64,000 nt of DNA from Klebsormidium nitens. Lineage: Eukaryota > Plantae > Klebsormidiophyceae. Location of the stretch: assembly GCA_000708835.1 (NCBI GenBank), contig DF237091.1, positions 111,095-175,094 on the forward strand, written 5' to 3'. Every line of letters begins with the position of its first letter. Position 1 is the first letter of the stretch. The translations under genes were made by a program, and so were the position numbers. Below are positions 13,601 through 25,200 of this stretch, piece after piece. The notes under the pieces were generated by a model. It was not told the origin of the DNA. It did no database searches and worked only from the letters and a program-made list of their open reading frames with translations.

Positions 13601-14196
13601 AGCGCAGCCGCTTCTTCCCAAATCTGCAAACTTGGCTGCGCCTTCTCCAGAAAGTACCTCGCTGGAACTTTTTGTCCTGTGACCGGGGGGGCAGCTTCTC
13701 CGGTAGCAGGTTTTGAAACATGGGGGGGTCTCCTGGGAGCTTCTCCTGTGCTGCTGAGAGTGCTTTTGTCCAGGGGGTGGGGAGAAAACAGGTGGATTTC
13801 GGAGGTGTCGAGGAGATAGTTCCAGATGAATGCGCAGAGGGGGGGGTCGAGTGAGAAGCCTGCAGTTTGAAGGGGCTCCTGAAGGATTGTCCACAGTGTG
13901 GGGATAGAGCAGCCTGCAGAGTGAAAGATGTGAGAGTCATGAGAGCCTGGGGAGGGGGCAAGCTACGACGCTTTCGCGTGTAAACTAAGAACTACTGTAG
14001 ATCTCATTCATTGGGGCGTGCTTTGGTTTACTGAGGGGCGGTTGCGCATGGAAAAATCCAGTAAAGGCCAATTTGAATCTCTCACCAGCTCGCCTAGGGG
14101 CCGGGGCTACGTAAGTCACACACAATATCAGACAGACTTACCTTCCGGCCCTTCCAATGCAATCTGCTCCACTGCGATGGAAGTCACATCATCCAT
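4586..14196 (-). CDS. GTF3C1: TFIIIC B-block-binding subunit (GTF3C1/Tfc3/Sfc3 family); 3' part not located in window
   Basis: Phase-consistent GT-AG exons: 14196-14142, 13913-13466, 12986-12314, 10868-10236, 9606-8257, (possible ~7748-7630), 7161-6940, 5985-5865, 4869-4586. N-terminus MDDVTSIAVEQIALEGPEGCSIPTLW matches the family start. B-block winged helix reads GALQTDLARSFGIAPTNYFYHLRQLETRGLI. Plant-type blocks: MKHNGYLYSKALRARALHLYLW, MPVELYIKIVGS, YFEEP, YWDRLE..AFPG, EKIAKDTGIATEQ. Confidence 0.88.
6492..6604. repeat. ~21-bp tandem repeat (GCACTCAACCACTTCCCCCG-like, ~5 copies) in a GTF3C1 intron
   Basis: Direct read of consecutive units. Confidence 0.85.
6760..6799. repeat. 10-bp tandem repeat AAATGGCCGG x4 in a GTF3C1 intron
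   Basis: aagtggccgg followed by aaatggccgg x2 and aaatggccga. Confidence 0.9.
10965..11630 (-). repeat. Array of decayed copies of the GTF3C1 exon-4 acceptor and exon start
   Basis: TGCAG|GA.GAGATGGAAGA...GTCGTCCTCGACGTG recurs with exon-like starts at 11024, 11192, 11340, 11506 and a mutated one near 11625. They encode variants of DEMEEEEGPEGVVLDVPVD, the start of the functional exon at 10868. Confidence 0.85.
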
Positions 14197-15186
14197 TGTG
14201 CCTGTGGCGCTCCGCTTTTCTCGGGCCTTGCTTTTTACCCTTGTATGATATCTTAATAATGACTTCGTGGTGAATTTATACAAAATCTTAATGAGCTGGT
14301 ATTCTGTATGCTGCCAGATGGTACTCCCCTAGTTGTTGCTCAGTACCTCAATCTATTTTTCACCTTCAAGTCATTGCACAACCTTGGCTTACGCCGAGCA
14401 TGATGGTTGCTGTATGCTGCTGCCTCACAATTCATCGTAATCGAGGACAATGCTGACAAACATCGATCTCAAACAAGGAAATAAGAGGGGCCTGTCGCCA
14501 GAGCCTTCTAGCAATCAAGAGGCTTCCATACGCAAGGCTGGCATGATTTGTCTGCTCCTTCATTGCTTGGGGGCCTCTTGGTCATTGTGAGAGCAGGTTA
14601 TCCCAGCTGATAAAGTGCTGAAGGGAAACTGTCACAGTCTCAGATCTCAATTTCCATCTCCTCCTGGCTGGCTCGTCTTCAGCCTTCACTTTTGACATCC
14701 GACAAGTTTGCCAGGTTTTGGCGCCCGGACAGTCCTATAGCCAGAGAGGGTTCCCTCGGACCTTGTTCTCGCACTCCTAGTTTCAACCCTGAGCGACTGC
14801 ATGGTTTTCCAGCGTTGGATGGAGTACCCAAGATCCACCCGGACGGTTCGGAAGCGTCTTGGTCAATCTGACGGTTGGGAAAAGTTTGCCATCCACTGAT
14901 CCAGCTCGGATGTTTGCAGCGCACCGTTGAGTCTGTGAAGGTTGCTGATCAACAGTGAAGTTGGCATTGGATTCTGGCTCAAGGAAGAAGCAGCTTTCTG
15001 GGCAATGTCGCATGCCTGGGCGCAGAGAGGCCGCTGTTCGCAACGAGAGGGCCAGCTCTACCGCACATGCAGCTTCAGGGCCTGCATTGCAGCTATTCAT
15101 TTGAAATTGCTGCGTGCTTGACCGTGCTTCTAGTAGCTAGTAAGGGTCCTGTTTTGCGGCAGCGTTTTGTCTCCTTGCAAGGCGAG

Positions 15187-18071
15187 ATGGCCGGTCTTCC
15201 GTTGACAGATCTGTGCCTCGAGCACATCGCTTCCCACCTGCCTGCATTTGCTCCGGACTTACCCACACTTCCTCTAGACCTTGCGGAGCGCCTCTTCAAG
15301 CACGTTGTCTCTAGCCACCCCCGCCTTCGGCCTCAGCCTCCTTCCGGGAAAGATAGGTATGCAGTCTTGAGCGGTGGCCCCCCCTCGACCCTTCTCAACC
15401 TTCATATCCTAGCTGACCTCTTCTGGCAGCCTTGGGAGATCAAACTAGGGTTCAGTAACAATCTCTCCAAGTATAGCCTACTGCCGCTCTTCTCAGAGTC
15501 CCTGGTCCGGCTTGACCTGTCGGCAAGTGGCAGGCTAGAGGACCTGTCCTTCCTATCAAGCCTGCAAAAGCTGCAGTGCCTCAACCTCAGCCGGAGCTTA
15601 GTCAAGCTTGACAATCAGCAGGTGTCACATATTGCGAGCATACCTAGTCTGCGGTGCCTTAGCCTTCAGTACGCCCAGTTTACCGCCGAGCCCCAGCTGC
15701 AGAAGGAGACAGTTGAGCAACTTCTTGCAGGTATGTCAAGGGTAGGATACTTTGAGTCGCTGTCTTTATTTTGGGATTGTGTTTGCATCCAGCTGCTCGC
15801 AGGTGTCCAAGATGACTCAACTTGCATAAGGGAAGGTTCGATGTATACGAGTTCGTTGAGAGTCAAGTGGCCAAGCACGTCTGGAAACATTTAGAGTTTG
15901 AAAAGTTGCGTGGGCTTAGCTCAAGATACAAGTGGGCAAGTCGTTTAGATTCTTACCCGGAAGTAAAGTCAGCAGTCCCAGCTTTTGAGCGAAGCACCGC
16001 CGAGTATGGCAACACATAGACACGAAACGCGAAACGTTCTGACTGCTTCTTTTTGTCATAGGGCTGCAAGTATGTACCTGAGAATAGAACCTCTTCTGGT
16101 TTCCTTCTTCACCCATTCTCTTCTATTTGCAAACAATTAAGCCAGCTAATCACCTGAGCCCTGTTCAAAGAGCAGCTCAAAGTCTTGCACGTATGACCTT
16201 ACCCTTTTTTCTGTCCCTGTTGTCAGGCCTCCCCAGCCTCCGTGCTCTGGACATCTCCGGCATCCCCTCTGTCGATGACTCTACCATCAACATCCTCACG
16301 TATGGACACCAGTACGCCCGTTGGCAAGCAAGCGTCCAACAGGCCTACGAGTGGAGAGCGGCGCGGCGACGACCGCTGTTTGGACACACCTTGGATGCTG
16401 CAGACAGCCTGGATGTGTGGTCGGACGGCCTGGGCCTGCAGTACCCCCTCACCGCCTTGGTGTACCTGCGGGTCGCGGAGTGCGAAGGCGTCACCGACAA
16501 AGTGGTGGAGTATTTATCTGGTAAGAAACCAAACACACTCATGTTCAGATTGCGACAGTCTTTGCTGAGAGAAAAAACGTTCGTTTTCCATTTCTCAATC
16601 CTATGTTTCACTTCAGGTTGGAAGCCTGATTGTTTTTCATGGAGCTTGCAGCCAGAAACACAAATTGCTGGGCCGTTCAATTGTCAAACAGCAACATGTG
16701 TTGCACCTTTAGCCATTAGTATAGCATCCAAGGAGTCTAGAGGGGCGTGGCTAATTGAAGGGGCTTACGAAATTGGAGGCGCTGCATCTTTGTTGCTTTC
16801 TTACATGTCTGGATGTATAAATGGAGCGGGTTATTCTGTTCTAGCGAAAGTTGACAAGATGGCATACGTTTCTTCCGAATCACTATTTGTCAAGGGTTTT
16901 CGCAGGCGTGGTGCGAATCTACTCCAGCAAGGTTGGCTACCTGCAATTGGGGTTTAAACATGGAAACGGTCGTTTTGCTCGGACCATGCCAAAGCCTGGC
17001 TTCTCTCTTTTTGCAGCGCTTCCTGAGATTGCCTTCCTGGACCTGCGTTCCACGCCCCACTGCCGGGGCTCCTCGCTCATCACTCTCAAAGGTACATTTC
17101 CTTCTTCATGATCTACTGCGTTTAGTTTGTTGGAAGACTGCGTCTCCTGTGCAACGTCTGTGGTTCTTCGAATCAGGTGGCTCCTTCAAAGTTGAGAAAT
17201 AAGCGCCGCTGTTCAGTCAGAGATGCGCCGCTGTGAGTCACCTGATTGCTATGACGATTGCAGGGCGTTGCAACCATGTTTACCGAGCTGTAAAAGCGAT
17301 TGCGACATCCTGGAATGCGAAGTCTTTTTCTTTGCGCAGTCTGCCAGGTAGATCCGGGTTTGTCAGAGAGACTGCTTTTCTGGAGACTATCTGACCACAA
17401 CACTTTGCGATCGCTCGGAGCATTAGAAGAAGCTCGTGATGAGATCTTTTGGTGTGTTGATCCTTATAAAAATTCGCTTGATGCTATGTAGCATTTGCTC
17501 TCCACTTGTCTCCATAGCAGTCCGTCTGTTCGTCTCACTTCTGAGCACATCCGCCCATCCTTTCAATTTTCGCGCCAAGCCTGCGATACTGTTTGCAGGT
17601 CTTCTCACAGGCCTTCATCGCAATTTTAGCACAACCCAGGATTTTGAGATTGTTTTCCAAAGATGACGGGGGGCAAGATATGGATATATTCCTTTTCAGA
17701 GAATGTACTGGGGATGAACCGAGTGCCACGTTCGAAGAAACGATACTTACATCGGCTGTTCAGTACAATGATACAGTAAACTCGGCTTTTGTGAACAGCT
17801 GCACAACTTGTCCCTGCGTTTTTCTGCAGCGAGGCATGGCCTCACTTCAATGCCAAACAACTCGAAGCTCCTCTTTCGGTCAAACGCCACTGTCAAGGCC
17901 GCCTTAAATGGGTGTTGCGGCTGCCGGGCGCTCGCAAGTGGAGGAGTCCACATCCTGGAGAATGAACCGAGGGGCGTTTCGGATGCTCTCTCCTTTGAGC
18001 ATCCAGTCAGGGACTCAAAGGGACAGAGACGGTGGGAGGAAGAAGGTCTTAGCTTATTGTTTGAGGCATAG
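15187..18071 (+). CDS. Leucine-rich-repeat protein (RNI-like LRRs); last exon(s) uncertain
   Basis: Phase-1 exons 15187-15730, 16227-16520, 17017-17091, probable last exon ~17830-18071. N-terminus LPLTDLCLEHIA..LPTLPLDLAERLF. LRR units LVRLDLS, LQCLNLS, LRCLSLQ, LRALDISG, LVYLRVAEC, IAFLDLRS. Confidence 0.75.
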
Positions 18072-18446
18072 CTCGCTTGAGTCTCAAGCAGCATGTACAT
18101 AGTAAAAGCACTCCACCTCGAAGAGGGTCGTTTGTGGAAGCAATGACAGGCACTTGACCTCATGAAGTGATGGAGGCTGTGGCCGCCGCCACAAAATGTA
18201 TATCAGTGCCCTTAGAACCCTGTTGCACAGCAGTTTGTACCATATTTTGGCAAGAGTATCCTATTCTGATGGTGCAAATGACCACAATTGGCGCTCGATT
18301 ACGGGGAGGGTGTCATGCACGTAGCCTACTTCCTTTGAGCATCCGGTCAGGGACTCAAAGAGACAGAGACGTTGGGAGGAAGAAGGCCTTAGCTTATTGT
18401 TTGAGGCATAGCTCGCTCGCGACAGTCTCAAGCACCATGTACATAC
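17991..18446. repeat. ~110-bp dispersed direct repeat (17991-~18101 and 18331-~18446) covering the probable LRR gene stop
   Basis: tcctttgagcatcc.gtcagggactcaaag.gacagagacg.tgggaggaagaagg.cttagcttattgtttgaggcatagctcgct occurs twice. Confidence 0.9.
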
Positions 18447-19173
18447 TAAGTAAAAGAATCTTAGAATCGTTCGTTAAGGGCTGGCTGCAATTATGACCCA
18501 ACGTACCATCCATGTGCCCAAATTGCTCACTAAGCGAGCCAGAGCTGGGTCACGTCAGAAATGTAACGAATTTGCATCTGCCAGCTATAGCATGCCGGGC
18601 CGCGGGCCACATTTGATATAGAACAAGTTTTTAGTAGCCACTGTGCACTGCGTGCAGGCAAACATGCGCACGTCACGCATCTGCATGTGCTTACATGTTG
18701 GCTCAAATTTTCGATACGGAGAATATTTTGTAGTGTATTGTGACGCCGGCAGGCCAGTGAGCTGCAATTTGCTGGCATGTATATGTGTATCATCATATAA
18801 CATGATTCATGCAATCGTATCAATGCAAGATTCGACCTATGTGCACGCGGCAAGTGTTTTTGGTCATGGCAGGAGATGCTTATATGATATGACTCACGTA
18901 CCATGTAATTGTCCATAGCGGATGCATGCCGCCACGATTGCAGGGGCCGCCAGACTATCCTGGCTACTCGGCAAGGAAAAGGGTTGATAGCAGCTTGAAG
19001 CTGCATCCAAATCTGGTGACTTTTCATATCCTTGAATTGAGGCGGTCATCCAATTTACAGGGCAGGTTCAATCAGGGATTTAAAAACACACGTGAGACTC
19101 TGAGCTAAGCTGAATGTCATATCCATCTTACTACAAAAGAATTGGAGATTGATTGGGACCCAAAGCAAAGCCA

Positions 19174-19949
19174 TCAATGTCCATGATCTACGTTCTTCCC
19201 ATCCTTCTTTTCTCGCGCCTTTCGAGCAGCCTCCTTGTTAATAACATTCATACGTGCAAACTGCAAATGCAAGTGAGAGTATTTGAGTGAACGTAAGGAG
19301 GTACGAATGTGAAACATCCACGCAACGTCTTTCCCACCCAAGGAACTAAACCACAAGACCTCAAGCAGTGCACAAGCTTATTACCCCTGCTCTTCAGATG
19401 CCGTATTCAACATGACAAGAGAAATTCAGTCCACAAGATTGACAAACCAAACGCTGAGGAAAAGCAGCGATAAGCGGCTCGTTGCTCAGATCAACAACCC
19501 CAAGGCCACATCAAAAAAGATGAAGTTGTGTTCTCTCTTTAATTTGCAACCATTGTTTGCTCTCCTTCTTCGTTGAACGTTAATCTTGTTACCAGGCGGG
19601 CTCTGCTTTAAGGTGTGTCTGCATTTGCAAAGCTGTATGCAATGTTGTTTGAGCGGTACCTCCCCTTCTTTCTTGGAAATAGGACACAGACACTCAAACG
19701 CGCCAGCATTCCGAACCCGATCCAACCTTTGTTGTTCAAGCAACGTCTTGCATCCTTGGACGTGCACTTGAAAATCTACAAGCCACTGGCAGTGCTCACC
19801 TCTTTTCGATGATGCAAACATTCCAGGTAGTCTTCTCTAAGGAGCCTGCAGTCCTCTGGCGTCTCACATTTGGTCATGCATTCAGAGAAATCCATCCAAA
19901 GGGGGTAGCACCTCCCTCTCATGCCATTTATGCCAAAGCCAGAAGCCAT
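19174..19949 (-). CDS. NDUFS5: NADH:ubiquinone oxidoreductase subunit NDUFS5 (15-kDa subunit, twin CX9C), 78 aa
   Basis: Exons 19949-19800 and 19260-19174 (phase 0) translate to MASGFGINGMRGRCYPLWMDFSECMTKCETPEDCRLLREDYLECLHHRKE|FARMNVINKEAARKAREKKDGKNVDHGH*. This matches plant NDUFS5 (MASGWG..GRCY.FW.DFSECM...LREDYLECLHH.KE). The main exon is absent from the ORF track. Confidence 0.93.
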
Positions 19950-20327
19950 CTAGCCCCAAATTCTTGATAAGCCGCAGCTCTTCCAAGTACGATCCCCAAA
20001 TCCGCCCTTTCGTATTCTCTCCGTGAGTGATGTATACTGATCCTTGAGAAATCAACCGCCCTCAAGCATAGCGTCAGAAGTATCAGCGACCAGCACGTGC
20101 TTTTTAAGAGACACTCGTGAATACCCGTTTTCCGCTGTTGCAAAACTCCACCTAGCACAGCAGCCACGGAGGGGCGCCTCCTTACAGCTGGCTCCACCTA
20201 GCTGGAGGACCTACGAATTACAACTTTTGCACATTTCCAGTCTTTCCTTCTGGCAAATTTTGAAACTAGGTGTGGACCGAAAAATAGGAAACAATCATCG
20301 ATAGCAATTTGGGTTAAAATGCAGTAT

Positions 20328-21276
20328 NNNNNNNNNNNNNNNNNNNNNNNNNNNNNNNNNNNNNNNNNNNNNNNNNNNNNNNNNNNNNNNNNNNNNNNNN
20401 NNNNNNNNNNNNNNNNNNNNNNNNNNNNNNNNNNNNNNNNNNNNNNNNNNNNNNNNNNNNNNNNNNNNNNNNNNNNNNNNNNNNNNNNNNNNNNNNNNNN
20501 NNNNNNNNNNNNNNNNNNNNNNNNNNNNNNNNNNNNNNNNNNNNNNNNNNNNNNNNNNNNNNNNNNNNNNNNNNNNNNNNNNNNNNNNNNNNNNNNNNNN
20601 NNNNNNNNNNNNNNNNNNNNNNNNNNNNNNNNNNNNNNNNNNNNNNNNNNNNNNNNNNNNNNNNNNNNNNNNNNNNNNNNNNNNNNNNNNNNNNNNNNNN
20701 NNNNNNNNNNNNNNNNNNNNNNNNNNNNNNNNNNNNNNNNNNNNNNNNNNNNNNNNNNNNNNNNNNNNNNNNNNNNNNNNNNNNNNNNNNNNNNNNNNNN
20801 NNNNNNNNNNNNNNNNNNNNNNNNNNNNNNNNNNNNNNNNNNNNNNNNNNNNNNNNNNNNNNNNNNNNNNNNNNNNNNNNNNNNNNNNNNNNNNNNNNNN
20901 NNNNNNNNNNNNNNNNNNNNNNNNNNNNNNNNNNNNNNNNNNNNNNNNNNNNNNNNNNNNNNNNNNNNNNNNNNNNNNNNNNNNNNNNNNNNNNNNNNNN
21001 NNNNNNNNNNNNNNNNNNNNNNNNNNNNNNNNNNNNNNNNNNNNNNNNNNNNNNNNNNNNNNNNNNNNNNNNNNNNNNNNNNNNNNNNNNNNNNNNNNNN
21101 NNNNNNNNNNNNNNNNNNNNNNNNNNNNNNNNNNNNNNNNNNNNNNNNNNNNNNNNNNNNNNNNNNNNNNNNNNNNNNNNNNNNNNNNNNNNNNNNNNNN
21201 NNNNNNNNNNNNNNNNNNNNNNNNNNNNNNNNNNNNNNNNNNNNNNNNNNNNNNNNNNNNNNNNNNNNNNNNNNNN
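20328..21276. other. Assembly gap (949 N)
   Basis: Run of N; probably hides the first exon(s) of the Ca2+-ATPase. Confidence 1.
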
Positions 21277-22294
21277 GCCACTTGACAGGAGATATGTCTG
21301 TGATGGTCCTTTATTACCACAATGAAGTCCCACTTGCTTGTCCATTGCTCCCTGGACACAAAGGAATTGAGGGTTAAGAGTATGTCTGCGGGCGACTCTT
21401 CATTTGTTTCGTGAGTTCTTCAGCAACTGCGCTTGCAAATGCTTGTGATGTGCTTGGAAATTTCGTGGAGAATGTTGTTCAGGTTCATCCTAGTTTTGAA
21501 ATTGCATCAGGGGATTTTCTCTGCCAACTGTCAGAGGGCTGTAATGTGTGTGTGCCCTTGTTCGCCTTCCTGCCTCAGCACCATGAAGAGTTTGTAGCCT
21601 GATGTAGGTTTTATTCCATAGACTGTACTTATCCTTAATTAGATAATTTGAAGATGGGGCACACACGAACCTTTCTTAAATGATGTCGCTGACCTGAAGC
21701 TTGCAGCACATCAGCACATTGTGAAGATGAAGGAGGGCACATGAAAGTGGCCTCTTTGAACAACATTTTTTCGATCCAAGCACTGAGGTTTTGTTCAGCA
21801 GGGCCCTGATGCTGATTGTACAGTCAGAATGACAGGTCACAGAACCAGAACCTCACCAGATTGTTTTCCAAAGCTCGACGCTTTGGAACACATTTTGTTG
21901 TTCAATTGTTCTCCAGATTGTTCTTCAACTGACAGAAGCCTACTCTTTGTGCGGCTTGCGACCGTGTGGCAAGTTCCGTCTGAGGATTAAGCACACATTA
22001 CATCCAAGAATGGCTGCACGGCCCAATGACTCTGACCGTGTCCTTTGTTCCAGCCTCTTCATCATATATGTCGCAGAGGCATCAAATTTTTGATGCGGTC
22101 AGGAAATGCGCTCTCAAAACCCGTTCATTGCACCTTCTTCAAATACCAATGTTTGTTTCGACCTACTTTTCCAAAAGAGCAGGACATTGCCCTCTCGCTG
22201 AAAACCATGTGGACAATCAGAACCTCCCTGGAAAAGTTTTGCAGCGCTTGCTGGTCGACGGACTCTCTGTTAAGGCACCAATTCCCTTTCGCAG

Positions 22295-25200
22295 GAAGGA
22301 GAAGGACGATGTGGACCTCTCTGCCAAGGAGACTGACTTGTCTGAGGGCGAGAAGAAGGGCGGCTTCGGCGTCTCCGACAAGCAGCTCGCGCGCATGATG
22401 GAAAAAGACGATGTTCACATCCTGGAGAAGCTCGGTGGTCCCGAGGGGGTCGCCAAGTCCCTGAAAGTCGACCCCCAGGACGGGATCCCGGGCGACGATG
22501 CCGACATCAACTCGCGCAAGGAGATCTTTGGCTCCAACACGTACCCCGAGAAAGCGAGCAAGGGGTTCTTGGTATTTCTTTGGGAGGCGTTCCAGGACGT
22601 GACGCTGTTTGTGCTCATGGTGTGCGCATTCATCTCGCTGGCGGTTGGGATTGCGACGGAGGGGATCGAGAGCGGGTGGTACGATGGGGCAGGTATCCTG
22701 GTGTCAATCACGCTGGTGGTCATGGTGACGGCCATTACGGACTACCAGCAGAGCCTGCAGTTCCAGAGCCTGAACAAGGAGAAGCAGAAGATCTACATCA
22801 ATGTGAGTGGCGTTCTGCTCATTGAAATGGTTGGTAATGTCCCTTTGGAACAAATTCTCTACTTTCACAGCCTTTCTTTTGCCAGCTCTGATGTGATTCG
22901 TTTGCTGACTTAGCAGAGAGGATAGCTCCGGTGAGTCAAACGAATGTGCTTCTTCTTTTTAAAAAAAGCTGTAGATACCATTGTAGATATGAGCAGGCAC
23001 ATGACTTCCAGACCTAGGATTTGAAAGTTGTTTGAACAGACGAGCACAACGGTGCACTCACTCCTCCCCGAGAAGAGGGAGGAAGAACGAGGATGCACTA
23101 CTAACGAGGAGGACAAAGTCGTTTCAGGGCCTCATCTAGACTACTTTCAAAATTACCTTTCACAACGATGCAAATCGAATCATCGTCTGACGTACTCAGA
23201 TCCTTTTACGCAGCAGATCCGAGCTAGAGTAACATCAGTCTACCGAAAAATATGAGCTTGACTGCGGCGACTTGAGGCCACTTACGACATGCTGACGTGT
23301 GAGCTACAGCGAAACTTCACCTGCCAATCAGTCGCAACCTAAGCTAACCCTATGCTGACCAAACCCTGCAGGTCACGCGCGGCGGCCGGCGCCAGAAGGT
23401 CCTCATCTTCGACCTGGTGGTTGGTGACATCGTCCACCTGTCTATCGGCGACCAAGTCCCTGCAGACGGAGTTGTGGTCGAGAGCAACTCTCTGACGGTC
23501 GACGAGTCCCAGATGACGGGCGAGAGCGAGCCCAAGAAAAAGGGCCCTGACGAGCCGTTCCTGATGTCCGGGTGCAAGATTGCGGATGGGGGGGGCAGAA
23601 TGATGATTGTGGCGGTGGGGATGAACACTGAGTGGGGCCGGCTGATGTCGACGCTGAGCAGCGATGATACGGAGGAGACACCGCTGCAGGTAAGGGCGCC
23701 GAGTTCAAAGACACTCAATTATCTCGAGATTACCTCTATGATGATTGAAGCAATCTGCCGATGAATCTTTCTAAAAGTTGTAAATAGCAAAATGCAGCTA
23801 CTGCTGAGCCAACGACACTGCCAGAACACGTAAGAAAGCCTTCGAGGAGGAAGTTGTGCGAGTTGAGGCATGCATGGCGAAAGGGGCTTTACCGCAAAGG
23901 GAGCTTAAACAAGCCAACAAAAGTAGGATTGCGAAGGGAGTGCAGGGGTGTCTGGGACTTGCACGCTTACGACCATTCAAAATCGTGGCTTCTTGTTTCT
24001 GGTCTTAAAGGCGGCATTTCTTGCGAAGGGTCGCCAGCGGAAAGCGATTACTCAAGGAAGCAGTGCCTCTTGCCCCACATCTTTGCCGTCCCAGAATTCG
24101 CTGAAACTTCTTGACCCCGCTTTCCAAGTCAGCGCTTGAACCTATCTCTTGTAAATCCCTGAATTACTCGTACATAGGACACCTGACTTCAGTGCCGAAC
24201 ACAGTTGACAAGCTTGGCCTCCAGATGTGTCGATGATTCTCCTTACCATCTCATAACCCACCCCAAAGCTTCTTCTAACTCTCCACTGATTTCCAATAAT
24301 CTCCTCTCCCAGGTGCGCCTCAACTCGGTGGCGACCATGATCGGCAAGCTGGGCCTCTCGGTCGCCGTGCTCGTCTTCTTCATCCTCATCGGCAAATTCC
24401 TCTACAAGAAGAACTTTGACTTCTCCGACTGGAGCGGGGGCGACACGCTCGAGGTCGTCAACTTCTTCGCGATCGCAGTCACGATCATCGTGGTGTCAGT
24501 TCCCGAGGGGCTGCCGCTCGCGGTCACGCTCACGCTCGCGTTTGCCATGCACAAGATGATGGAGCAGAAGGCGCTCGTGCGCCACCTCAGCGCGTGAGTG
24601 GCAAATGCCGTTCTCCATCAATTGAGCACCTATTCAGTCGACTGCTAAGCGGTTTCATGTCTTTGTTGATCACGGCTGTTGTCTTCTGGGGGTGGAGATG
24701 TGCTCGGCGTTGTGCTTTCTTTTGTGGAGCTTGGGGATGATGGAAATTCGTGTTAGGGATTAGGATTTTGTAAGTTGGGAAAATGAGATGCAACAAGGGC
24801 ACATTGACTCGTTTGGGGCTGCATTCGTGTATCAAAGGCCGAGGTACACTGCTCTGAGCTCAAAAATTTTGACGCGAAGAGGCACAGGTACACTGCTCTG
24901 AGCTCAGAAGTTTTGACGCGAAGAAGCACCCCGAAATGACAAGGAGCCTCCGAGGAAACCTTCGTTTGAACAACGGGAGAGATACCTACTTGGTCGAGGT
25001 ATCAACCTCCAGGTTGACCCGCGACTGAATTTCTTGACTGCAGGCTCTCCTGTATAGGATAAGGTTTCAGAAAACGGACGCGCTAACTTAAATCTGAACG
25101 CCGTTGGCAGGTGCGAGACCATGGGTTCCTCGACCACCATTTGCAGCGACAAGACGGGCACGCTTACCATGAACGAGATGACTGTGGTTAAGGCCTGGGT

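Noticed and set aside
19615-19812. ORF with a LINE-RT-like phrase (AKLYAMLFERYL)
   Set aside because: It lies mostly inside the NDUFS5 intron on the opposite strand and no further RT motifs follow.
20295-21377. Long ORFs spanning the N run
   Set aside because: Artefacts of translating the assembly gap.
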